Of a DNA stretch of 64,000 nucleotides, positions 21,070-31,388 are shown piece by piece. The stretch's first letter is position 1. Each line of letters starts with the position of its first letter. The notes under the pieces are model-generated. The model was given only the letters and a program-made list of their open reading frames with translations, was not told where the DNA came from and searched no databases. This stretch comes from Candidatus Binatia bacterium (GTDB lineage: Bacteria > Desulfobacterota > Binatia > HRBIN30): positions 256,001 through 320,000 of the forward strand of contig JBBRSP010000002.1 of NCBI GenBank assembly GCA_038245295.1, in the 5' to 3' direction. Position numbers and translations under genes: made by a program.

Positions 21070-21172
21070 GCCACAGATGAATGGGATGAACACAGATGGC
21101 TTGCCAACGGCCATCGCCAGCATCGCAGGCCCAACGGGCCTGCATCCGTGTTTATCTGTGTTCATCCGTGGC
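21070..21172. repeat. Inverted element built from CACAGATG/CACGGATG ~10-mers
   Basis: gccacagatgaa..cacagatg ... catccgtgtttatctgtgttcatccgtggc. Confidence 0.75.
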
Positions 21173-21237
21173 AAAAATCAGGGATGGTTTGAAGCCCGCT
21201 GGATCATCGCGCGCCGCGACGATTTCGAAGGTCAGTA

Positions 21238-21396
21238 CTACGAGGGCCGCGAACAGCCCAGCCCGGCGGAGCTGGAACCAAACCAACGCAAACCACGGAC
21301 AGCAATGTTTCGAACGTCGGCACGATCAAGGTCGTGCGCGTTCCAAGCCGCCAGCCATTCGCGCGCCAGGTGCTCTGCCGCTTGTCTCGGTACCAT
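21238..21396 (-). pseudogene. Truncated SnoaL/NTF2-like gene
   Basis: GGAGGAGG RBS, then MVPRQAAEHLAREWLAAWNAHDLDR, a typical NTF2/SnoaL N-terminus; similarity ends after about 25 aa. Confidence 0.6.
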
Positions 21397-21428
21397 CCCG
21401 CCCTCCTCCCGCGCGAATGACGGTGAAT

Positions 21429-22640
21429 CTAGATCACCGCGGCTTCCTTCAGTTCGGCGATCTTCTCCCAACTCAGCCCGAGCAGTTCTGTCAGGATCTC
21501 TTCCGTGTGTTGCCCCAGCTCCGGCGCCGGCAAACGCACCGAGCCCGGTGTCTCGCTGAGGCGTAGCGGCATGCCGACGACCTGCGTCGGGCCGAACTGT
21601 GGATGGTCGAAGTTGGTGACGTACTGGTTGGCTTGCACTTGCGGATCGTTGGGTAGCTCGTCGACGCTGTTGACGATGGTGAAGATGAAGTCGCCACCGG
21701 CGCGTAGGACCTTCAGCCATTCGTCGCGCGAGTTGGTGGCGAAGATCTCGTCGAGGATGGCGATGGCGGCGCCGGCATTGCCGGAGCGCACCCTGAGGTT
21801 CACGAAGCGTTCGTCGGTGGCCAGCTCGGGGCGCCCGAGCACACGCACGAAGTCGGCCCAGTATCGATCGGGCTGCAGCATGCCGAGGCTGAGCCAGCGG
21901 CTGTCGGCGCAGCAGTAATGATTCCACAACGGATTCGACGTGTACTGGCGCGCCTGGCGCGGTATGGCGACACCCATCATGGCGCGCGCCGCGACGCTGA
22001 GTCCTTGCAACCAAATCATGCTGCCGAGATGCGACGCGTCGACCATCTGCCCGATGCCGAAACGATCGCGCGCGATCAGCGCCGTGAGAATACCGTAGGC
22101 CAGCATGATGGCACCCATCTGATCGGCGATGCCGCCGGCGATCTGCTGCGGCGGCATGCCCGGCTCGCCGGCCGCCATCATGATTCCGGAGCGCGCCAGG
22201 CCGAGGTAGTCGAAGGAGGGCTCGGCGCGGTCGGGACCTTCCGGTCCGTAACCGGTGGCGCTGGCGTAGATCAGACGCGGGTTGTGCTTCTTCAGAGCCT
22301 CGTAGCCAAGGCCCAGCCGCTCGGCGACGCCGAAGCGGTAGTTCTGCACGAAGACATCCGATTTCTCGATGAGGCGGTAGACAATGTCGATCGCTTCCGG
22401 CTGCTTCAGGTCGAGCGTCAGGCTGCGCTTATTGCGGTTGTTGGCCTCGAAGTAGAAATTCGGCATGCCGGTCAGATCGATGCCGCTCATGCGCAGCATG
22501 CCGCGCCCCGGATCGCCCTTGTCCCGCTCCTCGATCTTGATGACCTCGGCACCAAGGTCGCCGAGCATCGACGAGCAGACAGGGCCCTGCTGCCAGATGG
22601 TCCAATCAAGAACCCGAATTCCCTCGAGCGGCATTGGCAT
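21429..22640 (-). CDS. Family III CoA-transferase (CaiB/BaiF)
   Basis: PLEGIRVLD, LGDLGAEVIKIE, NRNKRSLTLDLK, APELGQHTEEIL. Confidence 0.93.
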   Translation of the reverse strand: MPMPLEGIRVLDWTIWQQGPVCSSMLGDLGAEVIKIEERDKGDPGRGMLRMSGIDLTGMPNFYFEANNRNKRSLTLDLKQPEAIDIVYRLIEKSDVFVQNYRFGVAERLGLGYEALKKHNPRLIYASATGYGPEGPDRAEPSFDYLGLARSGIMMAAGEPGMPPQQIAGGIADQMGAIMLAYGILTALIARDRFGIGQMVDASHLGSMIWLQGLSVAARAMMGVAIPRQARQYTSNPLWNHYCCADSRWLSLGMLQPDRYWADFVRVLGRPELATDERFVNLRVRSGNAGAAIAILDEIFATNSRDEWLKVLRAGGDFIFTIVNSVDELPNDPQVQANQYVTNFDHPQFGPTQVVGMPLRLSETPGSVRLPAPELGQHTEEILTELLGLSWEKIAELKEAAVI

Positions 22641-22667
22641 GAGCAACCTCCGATACACGCTTGGGTG

Positions 22668-22771
22668 GGGCTTCGAGACGGCGCCTGAACGGACGGCGCC
22701 TCCTCAGCCAGAACGGAAATCAACCGCTCGCCCTGAGGAGTCGCCGTCTTTTCGGCGGCGTCTCGAAGGGC
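22668..22771. repeat. Inverted pair of CTTCGAGACG...CTCCTCAG palindromic repeats
   Basis: cttcgagacggcg..cgcctcctcagccagaacgg / ccgctcgccctgaggag..cgtctcgaag; second locus at 40800. Confidence 0.75.
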
Positions 22772-22782
22772 CTTCAAGGGCC

Positions 22783-23763
22783 CTATGCCACCCGCAAAAC
22801 CACTTTCCCGAAGTGCGTGCTCGCCTGCACGATGCGGTGCGCCTCAGCGGCCTCGGCGAGCGGTAACACCTTGTCGACGACAGGCTTGATACGTCCGGCC
22901 CGCAACGCGTCGCCGAACTGCGCCTGGAACTGGCTGACGATCCCCGCCTTCTCGTCGACCGAACGTGTGCGTAGCGTCGAGCCGATGACTTGCAGGCGGC
23001 GAATCAGGAGAAGCGCCAGGTTGATGTCCGCCTTGGCGCCGCCGATAAGTCCGATGATCACCAAGCGGCCGTCGTTGGCGAGGCAGTCGATGTTCCAGCC
23101 GAGATACTTGCCGCCGACGTGGTCGAGGACGACGTTGACGCCAAGCCCGTCCGTGGCGGCGCGCACAGCGCCGGAGAAATCTCCATCGTTGTAATTGATC
23201 GCCACGTCGGCGCCGTGCTCGAGGCAACGTTTACACTTCTGTGCGCTGCCGGCGGTGACGATCGAACGAACTCCCGCCTCACGCAGCAGCGTGATCGCGG
23301 CAGTACCGACACCGCTGCCACCACCCTGCACCAGCGCGCTGCCGCCCTTCTTGGCGCGGCCCAACAGGAAGAGATTGAGATATGCCGTGAAGAACACCTC
23401 CGGAAACGCCCCGGCTTCCTCGTCGGTCATACTGTCCGGCACCGGCAGCGCTGACCCGCCATGCACAACCGCTTCCTCGGCGTACCCGCCGCCAGACAGC
23501 AGCGCCATGGCGCGGGTCCCCTTCTTCCAATTCTTCACATTGGCGCCGACCTCAACGACCTCACCGGCGCACTCGAGACCAATGATCGGCGACGCCCCCG
23601 GCGGTGGCGGATACATCCCCTGGCGCTGCAACAAATCGGCGCGGTTCACCGCCGTGGCGCGAACCCGGATGCGGATGTCGTCGGGACCCAGCGTCGGCGC
23701 CGGTGCTTCCCCGATGTGGAGAACGTCCTCGGCTCCGGGGGTGTCGTAGATGATGGCTTTCAC
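22783..23763 (-). CDS. NAD(P)H-quinone oxidoreductase, PIG3 family
   Basis: AVNRADLLQRQGMYPPPPGAS, GLECAG, GGGSGVG, GSTLR, HFGKVVL; GTG start after AAGGAGAG. Confidence 0.92.
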   Translation of the reverse strand: MKAIIYDTPGAEDVLHIGEAPAPTLGPDDIRIRVRATAVNRADLLQRQGMYPPPPGASPIIGLECAGEVVEVGANVKNWKKGTRAMALLSGGGYAEEAVVHGGSALPVPDSMTDEEAGAFPEVFFTAYLNLFLLGRAKKGGSALVQGGGSGVGTAAITLLREAGVRSIVTAGSAQKCKRCLEHGADVAINYNDGDFSGAVRAATDGLGVNVVLDHVGGKYLGWNIDCLANDGRLVIIGLIGGAKADINLALLLIRRLQVIGSTLRTRSVDEKAGIVSQFQAQFGDALRAGRIKPVVDKVLPLAEAAEAHRIVQASTHFGKVVLRVA

Positions 23764-23789
23764 TGTGCTCTCCTTCTGGCGGTAGGTCG

Positions 23790-24677
23790 CTACTTGCTGG
23801 TGAGCTCTTCGTAAACCCACTTGATGTTGTTGGCGCGTGTCGTGAAGAACGGCACGGCGTGGAAATCATCATAGGCGGACAGCTTTTCGCTACGCTGGAT
23901 GTCTTTCAGCGACGCGCCGCTTTGGACGCCGGCTGTGACGTGTGCCAGCACATCTCGCCAGTACTGCTGGAAGTGACGCACATCCTCGGCTGCCGCGATG
24001 GCGCCGTGGCCGGGGATGTACTGGCGGATCCCTTGGATGGCGAGAACACGATCGAGTGTCTCCACCCAGGCACGCGCCGAGCCACCGCCTTTGCGATCGA
24101 GGTAGGGATACTGGTGGTTCACGAACAGATCGCCGGTGTGCAGCACTCCACGTTTGACGAACTGCACGACGACGTCGCCGTCGGTATGGCCGCGGCCGAG
24201 ATGCATCACACGCACCGTCTCATCGCCGAACGGGAACTCGCGGCTGTCGTCAACGAGATCGCTGGGCATGAGATCCCAAGACGTCGGATCACTGAGCCAG
24301 AACCCTTTGTCGAGATCGATCAAATGCTGACGCGTGCGCCGCTGCGCCATGACGGTGGTACCGACGGCGTACTGCGGATTCCCGTGGGTGTGATCCTGGT
24401 GGTAATGCGTGTTGATGATCAAGCGTACCGGCTTGTCGGTCAACTCACGAATCGTCTTCGCCAGCGTCGTAGCCGGTCGAAACTGTTTGGTATCGACGAC
24501 CAGCACACCATCGTCGCCGATCAGAATGGCGCTGTTTCCACCGCCACCCGATAGAACGTAGAAGTGATCGTCGATGCGTGTCAGCTCGGTGGTCAGAAAA
24601 CGCTGCCAGAACCAGATGCCGACGGCCCCGAAAAGCACCGTCAGCGCGGCCAGAGTGATGAGCAAGCGGCGAAGCAT
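23790..24677 (-). CDS. Membrane-anchored MBL-fold hydrolase (cyclase-like)
   Basis: N-terminal TM; NTHYHQDHTHGN, GHTDGD, HTGDL, IPGHG. Confidence 0.88.
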   Translation of the reverse strand: MLRRLLITLAALTVLFGAVGIWFWQRFLTTELTRIDDHFYVLSGGGGNSAILIGDDGVLVVDTKQFRPATTLAKTIRELTDKPVRLIINTHYHQDHTHGNPQYAVGTTVMAQRRTRQHLIDLDKGFWLSDPTSWDLMPSDLVDDSREFPFGDETVRVMHLGRGHTDGDVVVQFVKRGVLHTGDLFVNHQYPYLDRKGGGSARAWVETLDRVLAIQGIRQYIPGHGAIAAAEDVRHFQQYWRDVLAHVTAGVQSGASLKDIQRSEKLSAYDDFHAVPFFTTRANNIKWVYEELTSK

Positions 24678-24710
24678 TGGAACGATTTAGCCCCGATTCA
24701 ACAAAAGAAC

Positions 24711-24852
24711 ATCACCGCAGAGTCGCCGAGGCGCAGAGATCGCGCCCGGATCGAGGCTGAACCCGCATCGCATCTAGAGTGAGTATCGTTTCGACGGAAT
24801 GGAGTTCTCATGGCGACAGACCTCTCGCAAATCTCTGCGACTCGGCGGTGAT
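24711..24852. repeat. Inverted element with CACCGCAGAG..GCGCAGAG ends
   Basis: atcaccgcagagtcgccgaggcgcagagat ... atctctgcgactcggcggtgat; lies between 24677 and 24852. Confidence 0.65.
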
Positions 24853-25412
24853 CATTGTTCGGCTGGCGGCGCAGCGTCCAAGGATTGGCCCTGGCGTTCC
24901 AGCAAGCGGCCCTTGCGCTGCCGAAGCGCATCGAGCTTCGATTCGACGTTACGCGTCTGAGTCCGCAGTTGATCGAGCTTGTTCACCAGACCGACTTCAC
25001 GCTCCTTGAGCTGCTCCAGAGGGCTGGCGTTTGATGCCGTCGCCCAGCGGCGCGCCGCGGCGTGCAACTCGACGGTTACTAGCGGCACAATGCCGCACAG
25101 CAGGGCGAGGATGAGGATGACGGCAGGGCGGCGCGACCCGCTCTGCGAGGCTTGGTTGAACTCCCACCAATGCAACGCCGTTGCGTTGGCGATCTCGTAC
25201 GTGAGCCCGATGAAGAACGCGATGAGAAAGATTGGACCGTTGCCGAGGCTCTTCCACGCGGCCGCCAGCCCACCCATGACGAATCCATAGCCCACGACGA
25301 TGTTGAGCAGCGCGATCCAGCGCACACGATAGGTCCGCAACCCCAGGACATACGCCGCCAGTTCGGCGACCAAACCGATGCCGAGGGCAATCGCGAGAAA
25401 GTAGAACTGCAT
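24852..25412 (-). CDS. Hypothetical 4-TM membrane protein with C-terminal coiled coil
   Basis: Four hydrophobic segments, then LEQLKERE...LRQRKGRLLER. Confidence 0.65.
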   Translation of the reverse strand: MQFYFLAIALGIGLVAELAAYVLGLRTYRVRWIALLNIVVGYGFVMGGLAAAWKSLGNGPIFLIAFFIGLTYEIANATALHWWEFNQASQSGSRRPAVILILALLCGIVPLVTVELHAAARRWATASNASPLEQLKEREVGLVNKLDQLRTQTRNVESKLDALRQRKGRLLERQGQSLDAAPPAEQ

Positions 25413-25497
25413 CGCTTGTGTGTTTGCCGCATCGGGCGCACGCGCACAAGGCAATGATGCCCGGGTCGCTTGACCGGATGCTGGCTTTTCGGATCAG

Positions 25498-26739
25498 ATG
25501 CGCTCCGTGCCTCAACCCCGACGACTTGCGCTCGTGCTCTCCGGAGGCGGTGCCCGTGGTGCCTATGAAGCCGGCGTCCTATCGGCGCTGTTCGAACACC
25601 TTCCCAAGCGCCTTGGTGCGCCGCTGCATTTCGACATCATCACCGGCACCAGCGTCGGCGCCGTGCACGCCTGTTACATTGCCGCGGCGCAAGGAGAGGC
25701 GGACATCGGCCCACGCCTGATCGAAGTGTGGAAGTCGCTGTCTCTCGACTCCGTGTTCGGGCCGAGTGTCGGTGACCTCATTCGCGTTCCCTTACAGCTG
25801 CTCGGCTTCCAGAATCGGATTCGACACCTTCCCCCGACGCAACACGGCGTCCCCGAGCGCATCGCCGGATTGTTCGATACCGGCTGGCTCGAACGCATCG
25901 TCCTGGAGAGCATCGATTGGAAGAGGTTGCGTCAGCAGCTGGACAGCGGTGCCTTGCACGCGCTGGCGGTAAGCGCGACCGAGATCGCAACGGGCCGCTC
26001 GGCGGTGTTCGTCGATGCGCCGCATAGCAAGACACCGTCGTGGTCGGACGACCCGTTCATCGTCTCGCGCCCAACTGAGATCGGTCCAGCCCATGCCCTT
26101 GCCTCGGCAGCGATCCCGCTCGTCTTCCCGGCGCTGCGGATCGACCGCACCTACTACTGCGACGGAGGGCTGCGCCTCAATACGCCGCTATCGCCGGCCC
26201 TGCGCCTGGGGGCGGACCGGGTTCTCGTCATTGGTTTGCGTTTCCCGCGCTCCGATGCCGAACAGGATCGTGCGGCGCAACGCCGCGAGGCGAATTACTC
26301 GAACCCAACGTTCCTGGCCGGCAAAGCCCTCAATGCGTTGATCCTCGATCGCATCGAGCACGACCTCGATCGCTTGCGCATGCTCAACACGGTGCTGCGA
26401 GCCGGCACCAAGGTCTACGGTGACGATTTCCTCGGTCGCATCCAGAAGGCCATGCCGGCGCGGGAAGAGGCGCTGCGCATCGTCGACAACTTTCTCATCA
26501 GCCCCTCCAAGGACATCGGCATCATCGCTTCGGATTGCCTGGAGCACCAACCGCGCAGCCGCGGCATTCGCGACTGGCTCAGCCGCAACGTCGTACGTTT
26601 CGCCGGCAACGGCGCGCTCGGCGAAGCGGATCTCCTGTCCTACCTCTTCTTCGATTCCTGCTTCGCCGGCCACCTCGTCGAGCTCGGCCGGCGCGATGCA
26701 AAGAACCTCGCCGACAAGCTAGCCGACTTCCTCGCTTGA
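25498..26739 (+). CDS. Patatin-like phospholipase
   Basis: LSGGGARGAY, GTSVG, ASAAIP, DGG. Confidence 0.92.
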   Translation: MRSVPQPRRLALVLSGGGARGAYEAGVLSALFEHLPKRLGAPLHFDIITGTSVGAVHACYIAAAQGEADIGPRLIEVWKSLSLDSVFGPSVGDLIRVPLQLLGFQNRIRHLPPTQHGVPERIAGLFDTGWLERIVLESIDWKRLRQQLDSGALHALAVSATEIATGRSAVFVDAPHSKTPSWSDDPFIVSRPTEIGPAHALASAAIPLVFPALRIDRTYYCDGGLRLNTPLSPALRLGADRVLVIGLRFPRSDAEQDRAAQRREANYSNPTFLAGKALNALILDRIEHDLDRLRMLNTVLRAGTKVYGDDFLGRIQKAMPAREEALRIVDNFLISPSKDIGIIASDCLEHQPRSRGIRDWLSRNVVRFAGNGALGEADLLSYLFFDSCFAGHLVELGRRDAKNLADKLADFLA

Positions 26740-26741
26740 GA

Positions 26742-26775
26742 TGGGCAAACTTGCCCGTGCCCTTGCCCTTGCCCG
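26742..26775. repeat. GGGCAA hexamer repeat, copy 2
   Basis: gggcaaacttgcccgtgcccttgcccttgccc. Confidence 0.7.
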
Positions 26776-26816
26776 GTATTCTTCTGGAACGACCACGGTC
26801 GTTTGTTGAGTCGGCT

Positions 26817-28163
26817 TCAGCGCCCGGAGCGCAACCCCAAGGCGGCACTCATCGTGCGAAACAGATCCGTCTGATCCGTGATGCCGCTAACCCGTTCGGC
26901 AAACGGCCCGCGCGCCCCGACATGTACCTGCGTGCCTGTGTGGTTCTGATACCCCCCGGCCATGTTCGTGGCGTAGCCCAGGGTCATCTCCGCGCCTTCC
27001 TTCGTGATCAATGTGCTGAGGAGTCCGGGTGAGCTGCCGTAGTCACGCGGCGCGGGGACGATCTGACTGGTATGAGCATGATCACCGGTGACGATGACCA
27101 GCGTGTCGGGATGGGCATCGGCATAGGCCAGCACAACGGCAACCGCCGCGTCGAGAGCCACCGTCTCGCCGATCTGGCCGCACGGATCCGCCATGTGACC
27201 GCGTTTGTCGATCGAAGCTCCTTCGACTTGCAGAAAGAATCCGCTGTGACGCTTTTCCGCTTCGGCATCGAGCCAGCCCAGAGCTGCGGTTGTCATCGCC
27301 GCCAGGCTCGGCTCGTTCTCCGGCCGCAGCCCTTCTCGGCAGCGCTGTGGACCACTACCGGGGAAACGCGTTGCCAGTGCACCGTTCCATTCTGGGCTCA
27401 TATCGCCCTCGGCAAACAAGCCAAGGATGGGCTGTCCTGAGCGAACCTCCGCGAGTTCCGTTGCCTTGCCGACGACCGCGTATCCTTGCGCCGCGGCGGA
27501 TTCGAGCACGGTCTTTCCCTTGTCGGCGCCGCTCTGAATCGTTTGTGCGAAGCGTTTACGCCCGCCACCAAGCAGGATGCCGATATGATGATCGATGCTT
27601 TGCTCGGCAACCGAACCAGGGCCGTCGTTGATCTTGCTGAAGGCCGGACAGAGTTTCATGTCGGCTGGACCCTGGCAGCTTCGGAAATTGACGTGTGAGG
27701 CAAGTGCGGCCGGCGTCGCGTCGGTGAGCTCCGCCGTGGTGACGGAGCCGACCGGCAACCCGTCCTGCTGCGCTAACTCCAGGATCGTCGGCAAGATCGC
27801 ATCTGTCAAAGGCGCTGTAGAAAGGCGCCCATTGCTGGTCTTGTGACCGGTGCTCCACGCCGTCGCGCTGGCTGCCGAGTCGACGACATACTCTGGAAGG
27901 GGTGGGTCGGTCTCCTGGATTGCGTAGGTGGTATAGGCCCCGGTGAATGGCAATTGGTCCATCGCCAACCGACCCGCGGCGCCAACTTGGTAGTTGCGCG
28001 CGCTGGTGCGCTCCGAGTCGCTCATGCCGTCGCCGATCATCAGGATCACTTTGTTGTGCGTCGGTCGCATCGAGCCCGGCAAAAGGGTGCATCCCGGAAC
28101 GCTGCTGATGAGGACGAGAAGCGCCAGACGCGCTGCGACGACATTCGATGCGGCGTGCGACAT
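26817..28163 (-). CDS. phoA: Alkaline phosphatase (PhoA type), probable lipoprotein
   Basis: IGDGM, DSAASAT (catalytic Ser), DATPAA, VEGASIDKRGH, TGDHAH, HTG; lipobox-like VPGC; start uncertain. Confidence 0.88.
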   Translation of the reverse strand: MSHAASNVVAARLALLVLISSVPGCTLLPGSMRPTHNKVILMIGDGMSDSERTSARNYQVGAAGRLAMDQLPFTGAYTTYAIQETDPPLPEYVVDSAASATAWSTGHKTSNGRLSTAPLTDAILPTILELAQQDGLPVGSVTTAELTDATPAALASHVNFRSCQGPADMKLCPAFSKINDGPGSVAEQSIDHHIGILLGGGRKRFAQTIQSGADKGKTVLESAAAQGYAVVGKATELAEVRSGQPILGLFAEGDMSPEWNGALATRFPGSGPQRCREGLRPENEPSLAAMTTAALGWLDAEAEKRHSGFFLQVEGASIDKRGHMADPCGQIGETVALDAAVAVVLAYADAHPDTLVIVTGDHAHTSQIVPAPRDYGSSPGLLSTLITKEGAEMTLGYATNMAGGYQNHTGTQVHVGARGPFAERVSGITDQTDLFRTMSAALGLRSGR

Positions 28164-28236
28164 AAGGGCAGAAAATGACCGATCTCGCGTTGTCGGGCAA
28201 CGCCAGGCGAAGCCTAGCGACATGAGAAGCGACCGG

Positions 28237-28292
28237 GCGGTGCAGGGTGCCGGGTGCAGGGTTACCCTGAACCCCCAACCCCGCACCCTGAT
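28237..28292. repeat. Heptamer repeat arranged as an inverted array
   Basis: ggtgcagggtgccgggtgcagggtt-accctgaacccccaaccccgcaccctg. Confidence 0.6.
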
Positions 28293-28300
28293 TCCGTCAT

Positions 28301-28603
28301 TCAGAACGTAAGCTTGTCGTTTGTCCTGCCGTTGCGGGCGTCGATGGCCGATTTCACCTGTAGGTAGCCCGGCCATCCATAGATGGGAATGAAACCGATC
28401 CAGAACTTCTTCTGCGGACAATCCTCGAACGGACCCCAATCCTTCAGGTACCACTCGCCGAGGCCCGGGTGCAGGATGGAGAGCCACATTGCCTTATAGG
28501 TACTGCGTCCATTGTGAGTCTTCTCCGCCGCCCAGCTGGCACTCGGCATGACCAGCAGGACGAAGAGCAACAGTGCCATCAGGCGAGGCGAGATCAACTT
28601 CAT
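28301..28603 (-). CDS. Small exported/membrane hypothetical protein
   Basis: AAGGA RBS, signal peptide (SWA), LSILHPGLGEWY motif, ends in F. Confidence 0.7.
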   Translation of the reverse strand: MKLISPRLMALLLFVLLVMPSASWAAEKTHNGRSTYKAMWLSILHPGLGEWYLKDWGPFEDCPQKKFWIGFIPIYGWPGYLQVKSAIDARNGRTNDKLTF

Positions 28604-28808
28604 GCGGGTTCCTTCTTTCATCCGTGTGCGATTGTAGGGGAGTTCCTACCGACCTCAAGAGTGAAACTTCGCGCCATAAATCGGCGCTCGGCGTTGATTC
28701 TATTGTGCAACGCCACGTGGGGCCGCCACCTTCGGGATGTGGTGAAAGAATGGAGTGAGGGTTCGTTGGCCGCTCCGTGGAACTCGATGAGTCCCATGAT
28801 CGTCGATA

Positions 28809-28903
28809 ATCGGAGCGCGCCACTCCATGGCGCCTGGAGACGGAACCTGACCCGCTACGGGGGGTGGATTCCCGCGATGGGCGCCACGGAGTGGCGCGCT
28901 CCG
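28809..28903. repeat. Inverted pair of GGAG-type REP-like 24-mers
   Basis: cggagcgcgccactccatggcgcc and ggcgccacggagtggcgcgctccg (23/24 inverted match); related sequence at 39851-39926. Confidence 0.75.
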
Positions 28904-28951
28904 CGATGGGATCCATCACTCGCCACCACAGGCTGGCGCCGTAAACTCGGG

Positions 28952-29506
28952 TTACCACAAAAAGGGGATCAGCCGTGCCACCTCGCGGCAGTAGGTCGCA
29001 TAGACGCTGCCGAGCTGGGCGTGCAGCCGTGCTTCCTCTTGCCGTGCGCGCATGACGATGGCCAGGAAGCAGAGTGCGTAGGTGGCGAAGAGGAGTGGGT
29101 AGGGGACCGCTACCAAGGGTGCCGCGCTAGCGACCAGGTACGAGAAGAAGAGTGGGTGTCGCACGACGCCGAAGGCGCCGTCGCGGTGAAACTCGAGCGG
29201 CGGATTGTCCGGATGGACACGCACCTTCAGTGGACTGATCAACGGACGCCCCCAGAACCAGAAGGCGACGGCGAAGGCGAAGACTCCTGCTGAGGCGCCA
29301 AGGCGCCACCAACTCAGTTCGACGAAACTCAATGCCAGGCAACACACGGTGCAGTGGATACCGAGGAGCGCCGGTGCGGCGGTTGTCCAACGGCGCTCTG
29401 ATGCTTGATACGACCGGCGCACCTCGAGGTAGCTCTCGGTGCGGAACCAGAACAATGGAATCCAACCGATCGCGAAGGCGATTGCCAACCAAAAGCCGTT
29501 GGTCAT
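28952..29506 (-). CDS. Isoprenylcysteine carboxyl methyltransferase / PEMT family membrane protein
   Basis: G.F.VVRHPLF and RARQEEARL...G..Y..YC..V.RLIPFLW. Confidence 0.85.
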   Translation of the reverse strand: MTNGFWLAIAFAIGWIPLFWFRTESYLEVRRSYQASERRWTTAAPALLGIHCTVCCLALSFVELSWWRLGASAGVFAFAVAFWFWGRPLISPLKVRVHPDNPPLEFHRDGAFGVVRHPLFFSYLVASAAPLVAVPYPLLFATYALCFLAIVMRARQEEARLHAQLGSVYATYCREVARLIPFLW

Positions 29507-30501
29507 GGTACGGACACTTTCGCCGCCGGTGCCGCCTGCGGCCAGCGCAAGCCCGAAGTCAGGGCCAACAGCGCGGCGACGGTGAGCCAGAACGTTTCGT
29601 GCAGTCGCAATACGCCGCCGACGACAAAACCAACCTGCGGCGCCACCCCGATGGCACCCAACAATGCAACCTGGCTCGCCTCCAAGGCGCCCAGTGCGGC
29701 TGGGGACGGCGCGGCTCGGGCCAGTCCGCTACCGAGAATGACCATGCCCAGCTGCGGCAGCGACACGTCGATGCCGAACGCATGCAACAGCAACGCGTAT
29801 TGGCAGGCAATTGCCATCTCGATCAGTAGGCTCAGCCCAACCCCCTGCAGAAAAATCGCCGGCCGGTCGCGCAGCGTATCATGCAGGTGCTGCTCGACTC
29901 GTATCAACGCCTGCAGCAGTGGGCGTAAACGCGGAATCAGCCGCGTGAGCATCGCCACAGGCCGCGACATCGGTGCAATACCGAGATACAGCAACACGAC
30001 AATGGCCAGCAGAAATACCAGCAGCAGGGACATCGTTAGGGCCGTTGCTTCGAGTCTGGCCGCGGAGCCCGTCGAGTTCAGAGCGATGATCCCCATGTAC
30101 GTTACCGCGACGACCATGTTCCCCATTGCTTCGCAAAAGCGATCGAGGACGACACTCGCCCCCGCCATGGCTCCTGGAGATCCATCCGCGTGAAGCATGC
30201 CGATGCGCAATGAGTCTCCGGCAACACGTCCCGGCGGAATCAGAGACGAGACACCGTCGGCAATCACGCGCACTGTCAGGAAGCGGCGGATGGATGGAAC
30301 CGGGCCGAACGTCGCGGCGATGCGCTGCCAGCGGAAACTGTAGAGCAGGAGGACCGTGACGGACACACCGACGTAGAGCAGCAGCATCGCGACGTTGGCG
30401 CGTGCCACCGTCGCGGCCAGATCTGTCAGCCCGAAGTGTGCAATCAGGCCGGCGATGATTGCCAGGCCGGCGACAGCCGACAGGATTTGTCCAAGCCGCA
30501 T
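29503..30501 (-). CDS. Lysylphosphatidylglycerol synthase TM / flippase-like (UPF0104) protein
   Basis: RW, P.GRVAGD..R, SVVLDR, P.PAALGALE, R..TFW. Confidence 0.85.
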   Translation of the reverse strand: MRLGQILSAVAGLAIIAGLIAHFGLTDLAATVARANVAMLLLYVGVSVTVLLLYSFRWQRIAATFGPVPSIRRFLTVRVIADGVSSLIPPGRVAGDSLRIGMLHADGSPGAMAGASVVLDRFCEAMGNMVVAVTYMGIIALNSTGSAARLEATALTMSLLLVFLLAIVVLLYLGIAPMSRPVAMLTRLIPRLRPLLQALIRVEQHLHDTLRDRPAIFLQGVGLSLLIEMAIACQYALLLHAFGIDVSLPQLGMVILGSGLARAAPSPAALGALEASQVALLGAIGVAPQVGFVVGGVLRLHETFWLTVAALLALTSGLRWPQAAPAAKVSVP

Positions 30502-30505
30502 GGCG

Positions 30506-31378
30506 TCACCCTACCGCCGTCGGCGCGCTGATGACGTGCGGGAAGGCGGTGGCGATGGTGCTGAAGCGGCGGCGCGATAACAAACGCTCCAGGCGTTGCG
30601 GCAGCCGCGCGCGGCCGGCACGGATGAACCAGCGGCTGAATCCGGGCGCCGTCGGGGCATGTTCATCGAGCTCCCACGGATGCAGGTAGAAGACCCCAGG
30701 GCCAACCTCGTTCTCAAAGCGACGCACGAAGCGGTCGAACAACACGGAGGGTAAGAAACGCAAGCCGACCCCACTTGCCAAGGGCAGGTTCCAGAAGAAG
30801 CCGAAGTTCAGCAAGGCGACCGGAACTTCCCACAAGCCGTTGCGCAGCGGATAGGGCGCCCGCGGGGTGATGACATCGAGCCCCGGTGGCCGGTCGATGC
30901 CGAGAATGCTGGCGTCGTAACGCAGCCCAAGCTCGGCAAGAATCTCCACCGGCCAAAGGACATCGGCTTTGATGGAGAAGTACGGCGCGCGATATCCGTC
31001 GACCGCTTGCCCGGTGACCTGTTCGATCGCTTGCAGTGATCGCTGCGTATCTTCGTAGAACTCGCGACGCGTCAGCTCCATTACTTTGCGGTGCGCATAA
31101 CTGTGGCTGCCGATCTCGTGACCGGCCTTGGCGATCAAGTGCAGCAGGCGCGGATAGCGCTCGGCGACATCCCCGAGCACGAAGAACGTCGCGCGGGCAT
31201 CGGCCCGTGCCAGCAGCTCGAGCAAGTGTTCCGTGTTGGCCTCGATATGCTCGGCGATGCCCGGTGTCCACTGATTTCCATCGTGGTACCAGTCTTCGAG
31301 ATCAACACTGAGTGCATGTTGCGGCGCTGCCAGGCGCTGATCCGCCGCGTCTGCGGCGCCGCTCACCAAATCGTCCAC
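30506..31378 (-). CDS. Polysaccharide deacetylase (DUF3473-type)
   Basis: LSVDLEDWY, ATFFVLG, GHEIGSHSYAH, GYRAPYFS, FYLHPWELD; start uncertain. Confidence 0.88.
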   Translation of the reverse strand: MDDLVSGAADAADQRLAAPQHALSVDLEDWYHDGNQWTPGIAEHIEANTEHLLELLARADARATFFVLGDVAERYPRLLHLIAKAGHEIGSHSYAHRKVMELTRREFYEDTQRSLQAIEQVTGQAVDGYRAPYFSIKADVLWPVEILAELGLRYDASILGIDRPPGLDVITPRAPYPLRNGLWEVPVALLNFGFFWNLPLASGVGLRFLPSVLFDRFVRRFENEVGPGVFYLHPWELDEHAPTAPGFSRWFIRAGRARLPQRLERLLSRRRFSTIATAFPHVISAPTAVG

Positions 31379-31388
31379 CGGATGCGTC

